The notes beneath the pieces are model-generated. The model was not told the origin of the DNA. It saw only the letters and a program-made list of their open reading frames with translations, and searched no databases. The translations under genes were made by a program, and so were the position numbers. A stretch of 64,000 nt of DNA, taken from Squalus acanthias (lineage: Eukaryota). Positions 58,090 through 64,000 of the stretch are shown piece after piece. The stretch lies in NCBI GenBank assembly GCA_030390025.1, contig CM059432.1, positions 75,952,001 to 76,016,000 on the forward strand. The letters run 5' to 3'. Position 1 is the first letter of the stretch. Each line of letters begins with the position of its first letter.

Positions 58090-59085
58090 TCCACTCACAG
58101 AGGGAAGAGGAAGACACAGAAGAGGAAGACGCAGCGGAGGAAGAAATAGAAGTGGAAGAAGCCGAAGAGGAGGAAACAGCCCCTTGCAACCCAAACAGCC
58201 CGTTTCTGGCCGGGATATCTGGGATGGAATCATCCACCTGCGGTACCAGTGACCACAACCCATTCTCCTTTCAAGATTTGTCCCACATCTTACTTTCCCT
58301 CTGTTACTTACCATCACAGCGTCCTCTTGGCCATGATGCTGAAATAAAAGTCACCACAAAGCATACTTTCCAATCCAACATTAGAAATCTATCTATCCAA
58401 TATGACATCAAGAAATCAACACATCACCATTATGCATTATCTTAATGACTCTCTTGTGTCTGCTTTTGCCTATCCTAGTGATGTCACGCCGTGCTACTAA
58501 TGGCTCCAGCATGGCTGGTGGAAGGCTGCTGACTTTCAGTGGGGGACACTGCAAATGGCCTTGCAGGACAACCTCGAGGAGCTGGTGGTTGGGAGTGTCA
58601 AATTGAGTCACGATGTTTCTTCTTCTTCTTCACTCTCCTCTCCCTCTTATTGGTCAATCACTGGCTGGGCAGGCTGCATTTACTTGGTGTGTGACATCAG
58701 CAAGGCACAAGGGTGGAGTTGTGTTGAGGGGACGGGGGGAAAGCAAGAGATGCAGCGAGAAGGAGGATAACATATGAGGATACCAGCATCTTGTATCCTT
58801 TCTGCCCGCCGCTGGCCAAGGGCTCAGCCATGCCCCTACCACGAGTGGCCAGCAGCATCTCCTCCAAGGGGGTGAGGTAAGGCTAGGAATGGAGGTGTGC
58901 CTCGTGATTTGTACAGATTGCTGGTAGGTGAGTGATTGGGGGCGGGGGGAATCGTGCATTGAGCAGTGTGTGAGGATAATGGTGCAGTTGGTAGGTGATG
59001 GCTTTTGCAGACGCATTCACTGACCTTAATCAGTGGTCTGAGGTCATGAAGCTTCTTTGGGCACTGGAGCCATGTGGTGGGGGTG
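58090..59085. mobile_element. Central fragment of a Harbinger (transposase C-terminus on +, Myb gene remnant on -)
   Basis: Acidic tail followed by ...HLRYQ* on +; PTTWLQCPKKLHDL...K|GTCAGT on -. Confidence 0.7.
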
Positions 59086-59089
59086 AAAA

Positions 59090-62000
59090 TAAGAAATAGG
59101 AGCAGGTGTAGGCCATATGGCCCCTCAAGCCTGCTCCATCATTCAATAAGATCATGGCTGATCATTGACCTCAGCTCTACTTTCCCGCCCGATCTCCTTA
59201 TCCCGTGATTCCCCTGGTGTCCAAAAATCTATCTATCTCAGCCTTGAATATACTCAAAGACTCAGCATCCACAGCCCTCTGGGGCAGAGATTTCCATAGA
59301 TTCACAACCCTCTGAGTGAAGAAATTCCGCCTCATCTCGGTCTTAAATGGCCTACCCTTTATCCTGAGACTATGCCCCTAGTTTGAGACACTCCAGTCAG
59401 GGGAAACAACATCTCAGCATCTACCCTGTCAATCCCCTTCAGAATCTTGCATGTTTCAATGAGATCACCTCTCATTCTTCTAAACTCCAGAGAGTATAGG
59501 CCCATTCTACACAATCTCTCATCATAGGACAGCCCTCTCATCCCAGGAATCAATCTAGTGAACCTTCGTTGCACCGCCTCCAAGGCAAGTATATCCTTCC
59601 TCAGATAAGGAGACCTGAACTGTGCACAGTACTCCAGGTGTGGTCTCACCAAGGCCCTGTACAATTGTAGCAAGACTTTCTTACTCTTATACTCCAACCC
59701 ACTTGCAATAAAGGCCAACATGCCATTTGCCTTCCTTATTGCTTGCTGTACCTGCATGCTAGCTTTCTATTCTTCCTACCAAAGTGAATAACCTCACATT
59801 TCCCTACATTATACTCCATCTGCCCACTCACTTAGTCTATCTATATCCCTTTGCAGACTTTTTGGGGGGAATTTTCCCAGCCCTGGGGAGGCGGGTTTGG
59901 AGGCAGGACTGCCGGGAAAATGGCAGAAACTGGGAGCAGGTATCGACCCCACTCCCAACCCGCCTCCGTGCCATTTTCCCGGGAGGCGGGTCCTCGAGGC
60001 GGGAAGGGGATTAGAGCCAACTAACTGCCTGTTAACAGGCAGTTTTGAGGCTTTTCCCCATTTTACGCCTGCAATTGTGGGCTTCCCGACGGCTGCGAAT
60101 CTCGCCAGGGTCAGCGAAGCGAGCAGTGGGTCTGCAGGGATCAGAGGTGTCGAAATGTCAACTGTACAGGTGAGTGATGGGTGTAAGTGTGGACAGGTAA
60201 GTATGAGAGGTGAGTGTAAAGTGTTGGAAAAAGTTTCCTTACCTTTGCTTCTTTCTGCAGGCTTCAACCTTTGAGAAGCCGGAGATACCTCATCTCAATG
60301 GCAGAGATGACAGAATGGCTGCTGCATTCTCAGATGCAGCAGCCATCTGCTTTCTGCTGAAGAGAGAGGTCTTGGTGAGCCTGTGTGCAAGGGCTCACCT
60401 TAGAACAGAGATTGTCAGTGTTTGACAGCTTCTCAAAGCTGTCAAACACTGACAATTCATCTGTCAAAAATTTTTCGACAGATGAAGTGTCATATGCTGA
60501 TGTCATCTGTCACCAGCTTTCCCTTAATTGGCTGGTAAGCCCGCAGGGCGGGCTTAACGAGGCCAATCAAGGGAAAATAGCGTGGGTTGTTCAGATGTCG
60601 CTGGGGGCGGGACTGAAACCTGGAAACCAGAAGTCCCGTCTCCAGCACGTCTCCATTGAGAAAATCCAGCCCTTTGTGTTCTCCTTACAGCTTACTGTCC
60701 CACCTAAGTCCCATCAGCAAACTTGGATACATTACACTCGGTCCCTTCATCTAGGTCATTAATATAGATTGTAAATAGCTGAGGCCCCAACACTGATCCT
60801 TGCGGCACCCTACTCGTTACAGTCTGCCAATCTGAAAAAGATCTGTTTATCCTACTCTCTGTTTTCTTTCCGTTAACCAATCCTCTATACAAGCTGTTAT
60901 ATTACCCCCAACCCCATGAGCTCTAATCTTGTGTAATATCCTTTTTTGTGGCACCTTATCGAATGCCTTTTGGAAATCCAAATGTACTACATCCACTGGT
61001 TCCCCTTTATCTACCCTGCTAGTTACATCCTCAAAAAATTCGAATAAATTTGTCAAACACGATTTCCCTTTCATAAAACCATGTTGACTCTGCCTAATCA
61101 TGTTAGGATTTTCTAAGTGCCCTGATACCACGTCCTTCACAATGGATTCCAGCATTTTCCCAATGACTGATGTCAGGCTAACTGGCCTGTAGTTCCCTAT
61201 TTTCTCTCTCCCTCCTTTCTTGGTGTTACATTTGCGACCTTCCAATCCGCTGGGACCATTCTAGAATCTAGGGAATTTTAGAAGATCAAAACCAATGCAT
61301 CCACTATCTTTTCAGCCACCTCTTTTAGAACCCTAGGATGTAGACCGTCAGGTCCAGGGGATTTGTCGGCTTTTTGTCCCATTAGTTTTTCGAGAACTTT
61401 ATTTCTACTTATATTAATTATGTTAAGCTCCTCACCCTCATTAGACCCTTGGTTCCTCACCATTTTTTGTATGCTTTTTGTGTCTTCTACTGTGAAGACA
61501 GATACAAAATATTTGTTTAACGTTTCTGCCATTTCCTTATTCCCCATAATAATTTCTCCTGTCTCAGCCTCTAAGGGACCAACGTTTACTTTGGCTACTC
61601 TCTTCCTTTTTACATACTTGTAGAAGCTCTTCCTATCTACTTTTATATTTCTTGCTAGTTTTCTCTCAAATTCTATTTTTTCCCTTTTTATCAATTTTTT
61701 GGTCATCCTTTGCTGGTTTATGAAACTCTCCCAATCCTCAAGCTTACTACTCTTCTTCGCAACATTATAAGCTTTTTCTTTCAATCTAATGCTATCCTTA
61801 ACTTCTTTAGTTAGCCAAGGTTGGATCACTGGAGTTTTTGTCTCTCAATGGAATGTATTTTTGTTGAGAATTATGAAATATTTCTTTAAATAAGCCACTG
61901 CTTATCTACCACCATACATTTTAATCTATTTTTCCAATCTACCTTAGCCAACTCGCCCCTCATACCTATGTAATTTGCTTTATTTAAGTTTAAGACTCTA

Positions 62001-64000
62001 GTTTCGGACTTAGGCAAGTCACTCTCAAACTTAATGTGAAATCCTATCATATTATGATCACTCTGCCCCAGTGGATCCTTTACTATGAGAATTGCTAATT
62101 AACCCTGTCTCATTACACAATACAAGATCTAAAATAGCCTGTTCCCTGGTTGGTTCCATGACATATTGTTCGAGGAAACTGTCCCGAATGCATTCCATGA
62201 ACTCGTCCACCAGACTACCTTTGCCAATTTGATTTGTCCAGTCTATATGAAGATTAAAGTCCCTCACGATTATTGCATTACCTTTGTTGCAAGCTCCTGC
62301 TATTTCTTGATTAATATTATGTCCAACGGTATAGCTACTGTGAGGGGGCCTATATACTACTTCCACCAGTGTTTTCTCCCCCTTGTTATTCCTTATCTCC
62401 ACGCTTACTGATTCTACTTCCTGATCTTCCGAGCCGAGATCCTTTTTCTCTACTGTCCTTATTTCATCCTTTATTATCAGGGCTACTCCCCCTCCTTTTC
62501 CATTCTGCCTGTCTTTTTAAAATGTCAAGTACCTTGGAACATTTAGTTCCCAAACTTGGTCACCTTGCCACCACGTCTCTGTAATGGCTATTAGATCAAA
62601 CCCATTTATCTCTATTTGTGCCACTAGTTTGTCTATCTTGTTACAAATGCTTCGTGCATTCAGATAGAGACTTTAATTTAACTTTTTTGCCATTATTCCC
62701 TGCTTTGACCTTATTTTCTGCTGCACTGCTACCGTTAAACTCTCTGTCCCTTCCTGTCACACTCTGCTTATTTTTACCCAAATCGCTACACTGCTCTCTT
62801 GCCTTGACCTTTCTCTTTAGATTTTTAAATTTCCCCTCACCTGACCCTTCCCCCCCCTTTTTTAATTTAAAGCCCTATCTACAGCCCTAGTTATTTGATT
62901 TGCCAGGACGCTGGTCCCAGCCCGGTTTAAGTGGAGCCCGTCCCAATGGAACAGCTCCCTCTTTCCCCAGTACTGGGGCCAGTGCCCCATGAATTGAAAC
63001 CCCTTCTTCCCACACCAACTCTCTGATCTGCTTGACCGTATGCCAATTTGCGCGTGGCTCAGGTAGTAATCCAGAGATTATTACCCTTGAGATTCTGCTT
63101 ATTAATTTAGACCCTAGCTCCTCAAACTCCCTCAGCAGAACTTCATTCTTAGTTCTACCTATGTTGTTGGTTCCTACACTGACCAAGACAACTGGATCCT
63201 CCCCCTCCCACTCCAAGTTCTTCTCCAGCCGCGAGGAGATATCCTTAACCCTGGCACTGGGCAGGCAACACAGCCTTCGGGACTCTCTTTCGCGGCTGCA
63301 GAGAACAGTATCTATCCCCGTGACTATATTGTCCCCTACTACTACCATATTCCTTCCTTCTCCCCCCACTTGGATGGCTCCCTGTACCACGGTGCCGTGG
63401 TCAGTTTGCCCAACTTCCCTACAGTCCTTTTCCTCATCCATACAGGTAGAAAGTACCTCGTACCTGTTGGATAAGGTCCAGGGCTGAGGCTCCTCCATCA
63501 CTACATCCTGGGTCCCATACCTTCCTGACTCGCGGTCACACCCTCGTGTCCCTGACCACTGACGAACTCTAAAGTACTACTTAACCTAAAGGGTGTGACT
63601 GCCTCCTGGAACAAAGTGTCCAGGTAACTCTCCCCGTCGCTGATGCATCGCAATGTCTGCAGCTCGTACTCCAGCTCAACAATTCTGAGCCGAAGTTCCT
63701 CGAGTTGCAGACACTTACTGCAGATGTGGTTGCTCGGGATCGCGATGCTCTCCACAAACTCCCACATGCTGCAGTTACGACACACCACCTGCCCGGCCAT
63801 CTCTAACCTTGTTTTATTTATTAATTAATTAGTTAAAGCTTTTATTCAATCGATATTTAAGTTTTATTATTTGATTATTTTATCTAGTTTAAGTTATTAA
63901 TTTATTAACTACTAGCAGGTTACAGTTTCTCAACTCTTAATTTAACTCCCTTCCCTAACTTAGAGAGCAATAAAAAGCTATAATACTCACCAACCAACCA
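59090..64000 (-). mobile_element. Near full-length decayed CR1 LINE (ORF1 zinc finger/coiled coil/esterase and ORF2)
   Basis: ORF1 at 63800-62887 (CRNCSMW...CSKC, VVVGDNIV, VSVGTNNIG); ORF2 fragments ~62650-59200; interrupted by a MITE. Confidence 0.92.
59864..60672. mobile_element. Harbinger-type MITE inserted in CR1 RT
   Basis: TIRs GGGGGGAATTTTCCCA / GGGCTGGATTTTCTCA with TTT TSD; the CR1 sequence rejoins across it. Confidence 0.85.

Noticed and set aside
48000..64000. TTPA penultimate exon (DSFPLKVRGIHLINEP-like)
   Set aside because: Searched the non-repeat gaps by eye and did not find it; presumed to lie beyond the window.
1..64000. CRISPR arrays, operons or prokaryotic defence systems
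   Set aside because: The sequence is intron-containing vertebrate DNA, and no repeat-spacer array was seen.

Overview
Vertebrate genomic DNA, most likely a cartilaginous fish (inferred from the repeat families and gene sequences). Two host genes lie on the minus strand in the same tandem order as at human 8q12: GGH (gamma-glutamyl hydrolase; coding exons 1-5 at 16638 down to 1484, later exons off the left edge) and the last coding exon of TTPA (alpha-tocopherol transfer protein, 47983-47810; upstream exons off the right edge). Most of the rest is transposable elements: CR1 LINEs (one with an open 970-aa ORF2, one full-length with an esterase ORF1), L2, RTE, Penelope-like elements with minimal hammerhead-ribozyme motifs, a Gypsy remnant with a tRNA-Leu PBS, two LTR-like units, and a graded series of PIF/Harbinger elements and MITEs. 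The most notable observations are: (1) an ORF1-less LINE that begins with a tRNA-derived Pol III head and shares both ends with a SINE in the window; (2) a TSD-flanked mini-Penelope with two hammerhead cores 288 nt apart on the GGH sense strand; (3) a decayed, unprocessed copy of ASF1A exon 1 inside GGH intron 5; (4) altered active-site-proximal motifs in GGH; (5) a probable ~2.8-kb inversion that splits an L2/Harbinger composite. All calls were made by eye, so TE boundaries without TIR or TSD support are approximate.
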